Shown one piece after another: positions 28,603-37,450 of a stretch of DNA of 64,000 nucleotides. Numbering within the stretch: position 1 is the stretch's first letter; each line of letters opens with the position of its first letter. Location of the stretch: assembly GCA_018262985.1 (NCBI GenBank), contig JADFDI010000003.1, positions 35,577 to 99,576 on the forward strand. Reading direction: 5' to 3'. The position numbers were made by a program, and so were the translations under genes. The stretch comes from Spirochaetota bacterium. Its GTDB lineage: Bacteria > Spirochaetota > Spirochaetia > Treponematales > UBA12059. A model generated the notes under the pieces. The model searched no databases and was not told where the DNA came from. It saw only the letters and a list, made by a program, of their open reading frames with translations.

Positions 28603-31086
28603 ATGGCCTCGAACGCCCCGCGAGCATTTTCCCCGCCTTCCGGGCTCCCCCGGTCCCGAAAGGTCCCCGCCATCCTCGCGGGCCTGCTCGTCGCATCCCT
28701 GGGCGCCGTCTTCAACGCGACGGTCGCCTTCGAGCTGGTTTTCGGCATCCAGCTGCTGATCGGCGGGGTCTTCGGAGCCTTCGCGGCCTTCTTCATGCCG
28801 TGGCCTTTCGGGGCGCTCGGGCCGCTCGTCGCCGCCCTGCCCACCATGGCGCTGTGGAGCCATCCCTGGGCCTTGCCGAGCGCCTTCCTCGAGGGACTCC
28901 TCATCTCCTTCCTCGCCTCGCGGCGCCGCCAGGAATCGGCCTTGTACGCGGTGCCGACCTACTGGAGCCTGCTCGGTGCGCCGCTCGTCGCGGCGCTTTA
29001 CTGGGGAATCGGCGGCATGGATCCCGACAGCGCGATCGTCTCCGCGACCAAGCAGGGCTTCAACGCCGCGATCGCGTGCGCGCTGGCCCTCATCCTGTAC
29101 CGGGGCTACGCGAAGCTCGCCGAGCGTGGGTCGAACCCGCGCCCGGCCGGCGCCCGCTCCGCCCTGACCATCCTGCTCCACGCCTCGCTGGCCGTGCCGC
29201 TGGTTGCCGGCGTCCTGCTGTACGCCGCGCAGGAACGCGCCCGCATCACGGCGGAGTCCGAGGAAGGCGCCTACACCGCGATGGCCATCCTGCTCGAGGA
29301 TGCCCGCGACGGGCTCATCGACAGGGAGGTCGCCGAAACCCTGTCGCGGACCGGTTTCGAGGCGGCCATCAGGTCTTCCGATCCGAGGTCGTCCTGGCAG
29401 AGCCCCGGCTGGCCCGCGCTGGGAAACCTCGAGTCGGGAGCGACGCTCCACCGCGGGGACCGGGGTTCCATCCGGAGCGATCCGAACCTCGCGAATCCCC
29501 TGATGCAATGGAAGCGTTCCGTGGTGATCGCGTCGACCGCGCTCGCGGACGGTCGCACGCTCGAGGCGCGGGCGGCCTTCGGTCCGCGCATAGCCCCGTT
29601 GCTCGGCAAGGTGGGCTCCCTCTTCGGCGCCGGCCTGGTGTGGATGACCGCCTCGGCCGCGATCGCGGGCGTTCTCGCCTCGCGCTTCGCCAAGGACCTG
29701 GAGCGGCTCAAGAGCGCGGCCGAACGCGCCCAGGCCGCCGTATCCTCGGGCGAAAAAGAAGGCGGAACGGCCGAGGCGGTGGTCTGGCCGTCCGGCGGTG
29801 TGCTTGAGATCCGGGAGCTCCGGGACAGCCTGGTGGCCATGGCCGGCGCGTACCAGAACCGGCGCGTCGAGCTCGCCGAGGCGAAGGCGGCCGCCGAGCG
29901 GCTGACGCGCAAGAGCGAGACCTACCTGGCCTTCATGGGGCACGAGCTCAAGGCGCCGCTGGCGGCGTTGCGCTCGGCCTTCGACGCGGCGACGGATGCG
30001 CCCGAGCTGCTCCCGCGGACCGCGGCCATGGCGCGCGCGTCGATCGACCGCCTGCTGGAGCTGGTGAACGAGCTGCTGGACCGGGCGGCGGCCGCGGGCG
30101 CCCCCGTGGTGCGTTCGGCGCCCTTCACGCCGGCCCACGAAGCGCTGGCGGTGCTCGAACCCTTCTCGATCCAGGCGAGGCGGAAGGGACTCTCCTTCAG
30201 GATCGCCATGGATCCCGGGCTCAAGCGGAGGGTGTTCGGCGACGCCCCGCGCTTCAGGCAGGTCCTTGCCAACCTGGTCGGCAACGCCGTCAAGTACACG
30301 AGGGAGGGCGGCGTCGAGGTGATCCTGTCGGCGGCGGACGAGGTCGGGAGGCTCGTCGTCGAGGGGCGGGTGGAGGACTCGGGAATCGGCATACCCCCGG
30401 ATCGGGCGGAAGCGATCTGGACCCCTTTCGCCACCGGTTCCGGGAGCCTGGAGGACGGCGGCTCGAGCCACGGACTCGGGCTCTCGATCGTGCGCGGCGT
30501 GGTCGAGGCGATGGGCGGGTCCGTGCGCTACGAGCCGCGCGCGGGCGGCGGCTCGGTGTTCCTCTTCACGCTGCCGTTCGGGCTCGAGGGGGCCGGATCG
30601 GGTACGACGAGCGGGAAGCCGCTCCGGGCGGACGACCCCGCGGCGAACCCGGGCGGGAGCGTCGGCGCGGCCGCGGGACTCAGGCTGGACGGCCTTTCTG
30701 CCCTGGTGGCCGACGACGACGGCGTGGCGCGCCTGGTGTTGGCCCACTGGCTCCGTTCCCGCGGCGCGACGGTAAGCGAGGCAGCCTCGGGCGACGAGGT
30801 CGAAGCCGCCTGCCGCGCGACGCGCTTCGACCTCGTCGTGCTCGACCGGTACATGCAGGACCATGACGGGCTCGAGGTGGCCGCCGAGCTCCGCGCGGTC
30901 GAGCGCGAGGAAGGCCGCCCGCCGGCCCTGATCCTGCTATCCTCGGCGGAGCGCGCCCGGGAGGCGGGGTTCGACGGCGCGCCCGACGGGATCGACGGCT
31001 TCCTGCCGAAGCCGGTCAGCGACGAAAGCCTCGCCGCGGCGCTTTCGTCCCGTTTCGGGAATGACGGGACGGGCCCGAGGCGTTAG
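28603..31086 (+). CDS. Hybrid sensor histidine kinase / response regulator (polytopic N-terminus, HisKA, HATPase_c, REC)
   Basis: H-box LAFMGHELKAPLAAL, HATPase boxes (NLVGNAVKYT, DSGIGI, SHGLGLSIV), and a C-terminal receiver (ALVADDDGV...DLVVLDRYM...FLPKP). I prefer ATG 28603, which is preceded by TATCAT 6 nt upstream. The track start 28462 is an alternative. Confidence 0.8.
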   Translation: MASNAPRAFSPPSGLPRSRKVPAILAGLLVASLGAVFNATVAFELVFGIQLLIGGVFGAFAAFFMPWPFGALGPLVAALPTMALWSHPWALPSAFLEGLLISFLASRRRQESALYAVPTYWSLLGAPLVAALYWGIGGMDPDSAIVSATKQGFNAAIACALALILYRGYAKLAERGSNPRPAGARSALTILLHASLAVPLVAGVLLYAAQERARITAESEEGAYTAMAILLEDARDGLIDREVAETLSRTGFEAAIRSSDPRSSWQSPGWPALGNLESGATLHRGDRGSIRSDPNLANPLMQWKRSVVIASTALADGRTLEARAAFGPRIAPLLGKVGSLFGAGLVWMTASAAIAGVLASRFAKDLERLKSAAERAQAAVSSGEKEGGTAEAVVWPSGGVLEIRELRDSLVAMAGAYQNRRVELAEAKAAAERLTRKSETYLAFMGHELKAPLAALRSAFDAATDAPELLPRTAAMARASIDRLLELVNELLDRAAAAGAPVVRSAPFTPAHEALAVLEPFSIQARRKGLSFRIAMDPGLKRRVFGDAPRFRQVLANLVGNAVKYTREGGVEVILSAADEVGRLVVEGRVEDSGIGIPPDRAEAIWTPFATGSGSLEDGGSSHGLGLSIVRGVVEAMGGSVRYEPRAGGGSVFLFTLPFGLEGAGSGTTSGKPLRADDPAANPGGSVGAAAGLRLDGLSALVADDDGVARLVLAHWLRSRGATVSEAASGDEVEAACRATRFDLVVLDRYMQDHDGLEVAAELRAVEREEGRPPALILLSSAERAREAGFDGAPDGIDGFLPKPVSDESLAAALSSRFGNDGTGPRR

Positions 31087-31096
31087 AATCAGCTCC

Positions 31097-32086
31097 ATGC
31101 AAGGAACCAAAGCCATCCGCGTCGCGCTCGCGGCGCTGCTGCTCGTCGCCGGGACGGCGACCCTCTCGTGCTCGAAGGCCGAGGCGCCTTCCTACCGCGA
31201 CCTCGCTTCCGCCGAAATGAATTTCGAGGCGGCGCCCATGGCCGAGGCCAAGGGACTCGTCGCCTCGCGGGCCGCGGACGCCCCGGCGCCTTCGGGCGGC
31301 GGAACCGCGCCGGCCGAGGGTATCGAGGCGGGCGCCTCGAGCGAGGGCAGGGAGCGGAAGCTCGTGCGCCGCGCCTGGCTCCAGGTCCGGGTAGCGGACA
31401 CCGGGAAGGCCGAGGCGGCCGTCCTCTCGACGCTCGCGAGGCTCGGCGGGTACGCCGCCTCCACCCGCGCCGACGAGTACTCGCGCTCGCTCACGCTGCG
31501 CGTGCCGGCCGCCTCGCTCGACTCCCTGCTCGCGGCCATCGAACCGCTCGGCACGGTGCTGTCCCGCAGCGAGAACGCCGAGGACGTGACGCTGCGCTTC
31601 TACGACCTCGAAGGACGGCTCGAAACCAAGCGCGAGCTCCTCGCGACCTTCCGCGGCTACCTGTCGCGCACCCGGGACATCAAGGAGCTGCTCGACGTCG
31701 AGGCGCGGATCGCCGAACTCCAGAACGAGATCGACTGGATGGGTTCGGAGCTCAAGGGACTCGCCGACCTGGTGGATTACGCCACGGTCGACCTCGAGCT
31801 CGTGCCGCCGCCTTCCGTCTCGAAAACCTACGAACCCGGACTCGGAGAGCGCGTCGGCGAGGTGTTCCGCGCCTTCTCGGGCTTCCTCGCCTCGCTCGCC
31901 GTATTCCTGGTCGGCCTGGTGGTCTACGGAGCGCCCGTGACCCTCGTGGTCGCTTTGCTCTGGTGGCTGCTGCTCGGCAAGGTCGGCCTGCTCCGGAAGC
32001 TCTGGCGCCTCGCCTCCGGTCCCGCGCGCGAACGGGGCCGGAAGTCGGGAAGCGCCGAGGCGCCGCCCCCCGGTTCCGCCTCATGA
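31097..32086 (+). CDS. DUF4349-family lipoprotein
   Basis: 329 aa, MQGTKAIRVALAALLLVAGTATLSC (lipobox). The RKLVRRAWLQVRVAD... ferredoxin-like region, the coiled coil and the C-terminal TM match my recollection of DUF4349. TAGAAT lies 7 nt before the ATG. Confidence 0.7.
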   Translation: MQGTKAIRVALAALLLVAGTATLSCSKAEAPSYRDLASAEMNFEAAPMAEAKGLVASRAADAPAPSGGGTAPAEGIEAGASSEGRERKLVRRAWLQVRVADTGKAEAAVLSTLARLGGYAASTRADEYSRSLTLRVPAASLDSLLAAIEPLGTVLSRSENAEDVTLRFYDLEGRLETKRELLATFRGYLSRTRDIKELLDVEARIAELQNEIDWMGSELKGLADLVDYATVDLELVPPPSVSKTYEPGLGERVGEVFRAFSGFLASLAVFLVGLVVYGAPVTLVVALLWWLLLGKVGLLRKLWRLASGPARERGRKSGSAEAPPPGSAS

Positions 32087-33171
32087 CGGCCGACGGGCTC
32101 GCGTCTCGCCCCGGAGGGCTATCGATAGCGGAGCTCGCGTCCCGCGCGGATTCCATCGCCCTCGACGCGCTGGCCATCCTGGACGGCGGAAAACCCGGAT
32201 CCGCGTGCTCGGGCGATCCGACCGCGCGCGCGCACTGCCTGGCCGACCTCGCGCACCATGTCCGCTACCTGGCCCAGGCCGCGAGGAGCCCCGGCGACGG
32301 GGCGCTCGCCGACTACCTGGCCTGGCTCAAGGCCTTGTTCGACCGCCTCGGATTCCGCGACGAGGGCGTGGTGGCCTCGTTCCGGGCCGTGGGCGCGGCG
32401 GCGACGCCCCTGCTCGAGGCGGGAGCCCGGGCGGCCTTCGAGCGGGTGGTCGAGGCGGCCGCCGCGGGCTACCCGCGCGCGGGAGGAGCCGGCAATCGCT
32501 ATCTCGCGGGGCACGTCGAGGGCAACGCCGCGGCGGGCGCCTACCTTTCCGCCCTGCTCGAAGGGAAGCGCGACCTGGCCCTCGAAGTGGCCGAATCGCT
32601 CGCCTCGAAAGGCCTTCCCGTGCGCGACCTTTACTCGAGGCTCTGGCGGCCCGCCCAGCGCGAGCTCGGCCGACTCTGGCACCTCGGCGAGATCAGCGTG
32701 GCCCAGGAGCATTACGCGACCGCCGCGACCCAGTACATCATCTCGTCCTTCTACCCGCGGCTCTTCGCGGCCTCGCGTACCGGAGGACCGACCCTGCTCG
32801 CGACTTGCGCCCAGGGCGAGCGCCACGAGATGGGACTCCGCATGATCGCCGATTGGTTCCAGGCCGAGGGCTGGGACACCCGCTACCTGGGAGCCGACCT
32901 GCCGGTCCGGGACCTCGTGGCGGAGGCGGGACGCGTGAAGCCCGCCGTGGTGGCCCTGTCGGCGACCCTGCCGGCCAACGTGCCCTGGATCGAGGCGGCC
33001 ATCGCCGCCTTGCGCTCGGAGGAGCGCACGCGCGGGCTTCCGGTGCTGGTGGGGGGAATTCCCTTCATGGTGTCGCCGGAGCTGTGGAGGGCGGTCGGCG
33101 CGGACGGGTGCGCATCCGACTTCGAAGAGGCCGTACATGCCGCCGAGGACTTGGTCCGGAGGGCTTCCTGA
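32083..33171 (+). CDS. Stand-alone cobalamin-binding protein, CarH-like light-sensing module (B12-binding_2 + B12-binding) with an uncharacterised N-terminal helical region
   Basis: 362 aa. Wx9EH motif in RLWHLGEISVAQEHYAT. Rossmann-type B12 motifs are GERHEMG (ExHxxG), SATL (SxL) and VGGIPF (GG). No HTH or MerR domain is present. The ATGA overlap with DUF4349 and the 1-nt overlap with the GGDEF gene indicate coupling. Confidence 0.75.
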   Translation: MTADGLASRPGGLSIAELASRADSIALDALAILDGGKPGSACSGDPTARAHCLADLAHHVRYLAQAARSPGDGALADYLAWLKALFDRLGFRDEGVVASFRAVGAAATPLLEAGARAAFERVVEAAAAGYPRAGGAGNRYLAGHVEGNAAAGAYLSALLEGKRDLALEVAESLASKGLPVRDLYSRLWRPAQRELGRLWHLGEISVAQEHYATAATQYIISSFYPRLFAASRTGGPTLLATCAQGERHEMGLRMIADWFQAEGWDTRYLGADLPVRDLVAEAGRVKPAVVALSATLPANVPWIEAAIAALRSEERTRGLPVLVGGIPFMVSPELWRAVGADGCASDFEEAVHAAEDLVRRAS

Positions 33172-34127
33172 TGGGGACCTCCGAAGAGGCCCTGCTCGAC
33201 GAGCTTTCGCGCATCAATTCGGAGCTGGTGAACGCGCGTCGGGAGCTTTCGCGGCTCAACGCCGAGCTGGCGGACAAGGAGCGCTTCCTCTCGCGCGTGC
33301 TCGAGCTTTCCCCGGACATAGTCTACGTGCACGACCTCCGCTCGCGGACGGACGAGTACCGCAACCGCGCGCTCGAGGATCTGCTCGGTCATGAAGGAGC
33401 CGCCGGCGCCTCGCTGGAAGCCCTCATGCATCCCGATGACGCCGCCCGGCGAGCCGCCCACCTCGCGGCCGTCGCGGCGCTGCCCGACGGGGCCGAGACG
33501 CATTTCGAGTTCCGGCTCCGCCGCGGCGACGGCTCCTGGCGCTGGTTCCTCGGGCGCGAGGCGCCCTTCCAGCGGGACGGTTCCGGCGCGGTGGTCAAGA
33601 CCGTCGGGGTCGCCGAGGATATCGGTCCCCTCAAGGAACGGGAAAACCGGCTCCTGGACGCCTCGCTCACCGACCCGCTCACGGGCCTCCGCAACCGTCG
33701 CGGCTTCGAGGAGGCCGCCGCCGCCGTTCTCGCCGACGCCCGTTCGCGCGGCGCCGCCCTGGTCTACATCGACCTGGACCGTTTCAAGGAAATCAACGAC
33801 CGCTATGGCCACGCCGAGGGCGACGAGGCCTTGAAAGCCGCCGCGGCCCTGCTCGCGCGCAATACCCGCGACGGCGACGTGGCCGCCCGGCTCGGCGGCG
33901 ACGAGTTCGCGATCATGGCCCGGGGCGGCGACGCGGAGGCGGCGAGGCGATTGTCCGCGCGCTTCGGCGATCTCGTGGACGGATGGAACGCCTCCTCGGG
34001 GAAGCCCTGGGCGTTGCGCTTCTCGGCTGGCTGGGCGGTGGCGCCGCGCGGGGGACAGACCTCGCTGGAGAGCCTGATGGCGCGTGCCGACGAGGCGATG
34101 TACGAGGTCAAGCGCGGCCGACGCTGA
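33171..34127 (+). CDS. PAS-GGDEF diguanylate cyclase
   Basis: 318 aa with an N-terminal coiled coil and a PAS domain (DIVYVHDL...WRWFLGREAP). The GGDEF domain has an intact RLGGDEFAIM active site and an RDGD I-site 5 residues upstream. Confidence 0.85.
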   Translation: MGTSEEALLDELSRINSELVNARRELSRLNAELADKERFLSRVLELSPDIVYVHDLRSRTDEYRNRALEDLLGHEGAAGASLEALMHPDDAARRAAHLAAVAALPDGAETHFEFRLRRGDGSWRWFLGREAPFQRDGSGAVVKTVGVAEDIGPLKERENRLLDASLTDPLTGLRNRRGFEEAAAAVLADARSRGAALVYIDLDRFKEINDRYGHAEGDEALKAAAALLARNTRDGDVAARLGGDEFAIMARGGDAEAARRLSARFGDLVDGWNASSGKPWALRFSAGWAVAPRGGQTSLESLMARADEAMYEVKRGRR

Positions 34128-34163
34128 CGCACCGTCGGGGACGGAGCCGGACGGCCCCGGGGC

Positions 34164-34352
34164 CGGGGTCTGTCCCCGGGGTCTGTCCCCATGCGACCGC
34201 TCGGGAGTGGGGTCTGTCCCCGGGGTGTGCCCATGCGGCCGCTCGGGAGCGGGGTCTGTCCCCGGGGTCTGTCCCCATGCGGCCGCTCGGGAGCGGGGTC
34301 TGTCCCCGGGGTGTGCCCATGCGGCCGCTCCGGAGCGGGGTCTGTCCCCGGG
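34164..34352. repeat. Tandem array of alternating 44/42-bp units (86-bp higher-order unit x2 plus a partial copy) built on GGGGTCTGTCCCC
   Basis: Units lie at 34164-207, 34208-249, 34250-293 and 34294-335, with a partial copy at 34336-352. There are 7 copies of GGGGTCTGTCCCC, and each unit ends in ATGCGGCCGCTCGGGAGC. The array sits in the convergent intergenic region between the GGDEF gene and the 34426 gene. Confidence 0.95.
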
Positions 34353-34425
34353 GCGGGACGGGCGGCCGCGGTGGTGCGGCGGAAGGGCGAAGCGAGCTTG
34401 CGGGTGAATTGGGTAGGAGCGCCGC

Positions 34426-35655
34426 TCAGGGCGCGGCTGTCCCGGACCGCGGGCGGGGCGCCGCCCCTTTTCCCCCCTTCTCCCGCAGCTTCCTCGCGAC
34501 GGCCCAGGGCGCCCAGAGCGCTCCGAAAACGACCACGCCCATGAGCTCGATGCCGAGCACGTAGCGCGGCGAGGGGCCTAAGGCGTCCGCGAAGACGTCG
34601 ATGACCGAGCCCATGGTCGGCGGGTAGCCCATGAGGAAGTAGTTGGCCGGCGCGTAGGGCGGAAGGAAGGCCATCGCGTGGTCGATGGCCCAGATCGGGA
34701 CGAGGAGCAGCGTGGTCCGGAGGAAGAGCCGGCCCACCGCGGCGAGGGTTATCCGCGCGCGGCCCGAAGTGGCGAGGGCGAGCGAGCCGGCGATGATGAG
34801 CGCGTGCGAGGCGAAAAAGGTGAAGAAGCGGAAGGTCGGGAAGCCGAAGGCCATGATGTCCGGGAAGATGAGCGCCTGCACGGCGCCGCCGGTGCCCCAG
34901 AAGTAGAGCAGCTCGGAAAGCCGGTCGCGCGTTTTCGACGGGCCCATCATCATGACCGGGGGGAGCAGGAGTATCGCGAGGCCGCACATGTGCAACATGA
35001 GGGCGGTGCTCGGGCTCCACGCGTCGCGGGAGAACCAGTAGGTCTGGAAGGCGAATTCCTGCGCGAAAAGGACCAGCGTGTACCAGGGCGCGGCGCGGCG
35101 CATGAAGCGTTCGCCGCCCTTCGCGGCGGCGAACCCGAAGGCGGCGATGAGCGCGGCGGATACGGCGAGGGCGGCGAGATGCTGGCCGGACCAGGGGACG
35201 AAGGCGCGCGGCGGGACTTCGTCCGCCGAGAAGCGGCGGACCTTCGAGCGGATCTCGCGGCCGGAGGCGTCGCGCGCCGTCGCGACGAGCTCCCACTCGC
35301 CCGCCGAGGGAAGCTCGATCGGGGCGGTCCAGAACTGGAGCGGGTAGAGGGGCTTTCCACGGTCCTCGACCCAAGTCAGCGCGCCCCGCGCGCGGACGCT
35401 TCCGGCTTCGCGCTCCGCGGGGGACAGACCCGCCGTCGCGGGGCTCGCGAGCACTTCGATGGCGGCGATCGAGCCGCGGCCCGGCGCCATCCAGGCGTCG
35501 CCGGTGACCTCGAAGGCGCGCGCGCTCGCGAGCTTCGAGTCCGGCCAGTGCACGCGGATGCCGTCGCCCTTCATGAGCGCGATGGTGAACCCGAGCTGCA
35601 TGGCCAGGATGCCGCCGATAAGGAGGAAGACGAGGAACTTACGCGCGCGCGACAT
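34426..35655 (-). CDS. Integral membrane protein (N-terminal extracytoplasmic domain plus a roughly 7-TM C-terminal domain, possibly YwaF/TIGR02206-like)
   Basis: 409 aa with an N-terminal TM (FLVFLLIGGILAMQLGF), a soluble region of about 150 aa, then polytopic membrane segments. The family assignment is from memory only. Confidence 0.6.
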   Translation of the reverse strand: MSRARKFLVFLLIGGILAMQLGFTIALMKGDGIRVHWPDSKLASARAFEVTGDAWMAPGRGSIAAIEVLASPATAGLSPAEREAGSVRARGALTWVEDRGKPLYPLQFWTAPIELPSAGEWELVATARDASGREIRSKVRRFSADEVPPRAFVPWSGQHLAALAVSAALIAAFGFAAAKGGERFMRRAAPWYTLVLFAQEFAFQTYWFSRDAWSPSTALMLHMCGLAILLLPPVMMMGPSKTRDRLSELLYFWGTGGAVQALIFPDIMAFGFPTFRFFTFFASHALIIAGSLALATSGRARITLAAVGRLFLRTTLLLVPIWAIDHAMAFLPPYAPANYFLMGYPPTMGSVIDVFADALGPSPRYVLGIELMGVVVFGALWAPWAVARKLREKGGKGAAPRPRSGTAAP

Positions 35656-35707
35656 GGCGCCTCCGTACCGGACAGGATGTCGAGCGGCGCCGGTCGCCCG
35701 GCGCTTC

Positions 35708-37339
35708 TCAGGTATACGGTCTGAGCGGGAACTCGATGCGATACGCCGTACCGCTTTCTCTCGACGCGGCCAGCTCGCCGTCCAGCTGGCCGACCAGCAG
35801 GCCGACCAGGGTCAGGCCGAGGCGGCCCCGTTCGTGGCTCTTCCCGGGAGCGACGCCTTCCGGGAGGCCGACGCCGTCGTCGGAAACCGCGAGCTCGACG
35901 CGGCCCTCCGCCGGATGGCGCAGGGACACGCGAATGGTGCCGGCCCCGCCTTCCGGGAAGGCGTGCTTCATGGCGTTCGTGACGAGCTCGTTGAGTATGA
36001 TGGCGCAGGGGATGGACTCGTTGAGGCCGAGCTCGACGCCGCCCGCATCCAGCTCGAAGCGCAGGTCGGGCGACGGCGGGTGGATCTGCGCGAGCCGTCC
36101 GACCAGGTGCTCGAGGTAGGCGCCCATGTCGACGCCCGAGTGGTCGGGCGAGCGGTATATCTCCTCGTGCACGAGCGCCATGGCCATGACGCGGTCGGCG
36201 CTGTTGCGGAAGGCTTCCACCGCTTCCTCGGGGGAGCCGATGGACGAGGACTGGAGCGAGAGCAGGCTCGAGATGACGTTGAGGTTGTTCTTGACCCGGT
36301 GGTGCACCTCGCGGAGGAGCACCTCCTTCTCCGCGAGGTTGGCCCGGAGCGCTTCCTCGGCTTCCTTGCGCGGCGTGATGTCCGCGTGCGCGCCGACCAG
36401 GCGGAGCGCGCGTCCGTCCGGCGCCCGCTTGGCGCACATGCCGCGGGCGGCGATCCATTTCCAGCCGCCCGACTTGGCGCGTATGCGGTATTCGATCTCG
36501 AAGGATTCGCGGGCGCCGTCGATGCAGGCCTGGTTGGTTCCGAGTACGCGCTCGAGGTCGTCGGGATGGATCAGTTTCCTCCACGAGTCGCCAGTGGCCG
36601 GGAACTCGCCCGGCTCGTAGCCCGCGACGCGGTAATAGGCCGGACTGTAGTAGGTCAGGTCTCGCACGACGTCCCAGTCCCAGAGGCCTTCGCCCGTGGC
36701 CTCCATGCTCAACCGGAAGCGCTCGTCGCTCCGCTTCAGGGCCTCGAGGGCCAGGGCGGTTTTCTCGCGGTTCGAGAGGATGGCTCCGCCGAGCACGGTC
36801 GCCAAGGGGAAGAGCAGCATGACGAGGAGCCCGACGCGGCCGACCGCCCGATAACCGGCCCCGGCCGGCACGATCATGAGCAAGGCCAGCATGGCCGCGT
36901 GGACGACGAGGCCGAAGGCGAAGAGCTTGCCGGGACCGGGCGGATTCCGCTGCGGCTCGTACTCTCGGCGCGCGGCGAGGGCGAGCGCCACCGAGGAGGC
37001 CACGACGAGGGAGCCTCCGAGGGCGCCCGGGCCGCCCTGGAACAGGCGGAACGCGATGGCCATGAGGCCGGCGATTCCGCCGGATACCGGACCGAAGTAG
37101 AGCGCGCAGAGGCTGGTCATGACCGAGCGTCCGTCGAAGAAGACGCCGGGCTCGACCTCGAGGGCGACGAGCATGCCGAGCACCGAGGCGAAGCCGAAGA
37201 TGAGGCCCTGGGCTATCGCGTCGACGAGGGGCTTGCGGCGGAGGCTGTTCGCATGGCTGCCGGAGAGGGCAGTGAGCGCGACGAGGAGGCCCAGGTTCGG
37301 GGCGAGCGCCATCAAGTCCTGGATCAGCCGGGAATCCAT
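35708..37339 (-). CDS. Sensor histidine kinase (5TM LytS-type receptor domain, PAS, HisKA_2, HATPase_c)
   Basis: 543 aa. N-terminal 5TMR-LYT-like TM bundle, a PAS domain (WDWDV...[15 protein letters not shown]), the H-box [20 protein letters not shown], and HATPase ([12 protein letters not shown]). Confidence 0.85.
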   Translation of the reverse strand: MDSRLIQDLMALAPNLGLLVALTALSGSHANSLRRKPLVDAIAQGLIFGFASVLGMLVALEVEPGVFFDGRSVMTSLCALYFGPVSGGIAGLMAIAFRLFQGGPGALGGSLVVASSVALALAARREYEPQRNPPGPGKLFAFGLVVHAAMLALLMIVPAGAGYRAVGRVGLLVMLLFPLATVLGGAILSNREKTALALEALKRSDERFRLSMEATGEGLWDWDVVRDLTYYSPAYYRVAGYEPGEFPATGDSWRKLIHPDDLERVLGTNQACIDGARESFEIEYRIRAKSGGWKWIAARGMCAKRAPDGRALRLVGAHADITPRKEAEEALRANLAEKEVLLREVHHRVKNNLNVISSLLSLQSSSIGSPEEAVEAFRNSADRVMAMALVHEEIYRSPDHSGVDMGAYLEHLVGRLAQIHPPSPDLRFELDAGGVELGLNESIPCAIILNELVTNAMKHAFPEGGAGTIRVSLRHPAEGRVELAVSDDGVGLPEGVAPGKSHERGRLGLTLVGLLVGQLDGELAASRESGTAYRIEFPLRPYT

Positions 37340-37346
37340 GTTCCTA

Positions 37347-37374
37347 ATGATAGGCGCTGCGCGAACCCGCGCAA
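37347..37374 (-). promoter_or_regulatory. Promoter of the 5TMR-LYT kinase, leaderless arrangement
   Basis: On the minus strand: TTGCGC (37374-69), 16 nt, TATCAT (37352-47), 7 nt, ATG (37339). Confidence 0.5.
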
Positions 37375-37394
37375 GCGACGCGGCCGGACTGGGC

Positions 37395-37429
37395 CGAGCT
37401 CCGTCCCCCCGCGGCGAGCTCCGTCCCCC
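37395..37429. repeat. Two direct copies of CGAGCTCCGTCCCCCG (19-bp period), same family as the 54683-54921 array
   Basis: Copies lie at 37395-37410 and 37414-37429, in the intergenic region between the MATE gene end and the kinase promoter. Confidence 0.85.
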
Positions 37430-37450
37430 GTGCCGCGCCCTCCGGCGCGT

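Noticed and set aside
34084-34564. Small ORFs on both strands across the 34164-34352 array (for example 34191..34544 +, 34108..34320 -), encoding repetitive Cys/Pro/Gly peptides.
   Set aside because: They have no SD or promoter geometry. The reading frames are a by-product of the repeat periodicity, and several mutually overlapping frames are open at once.
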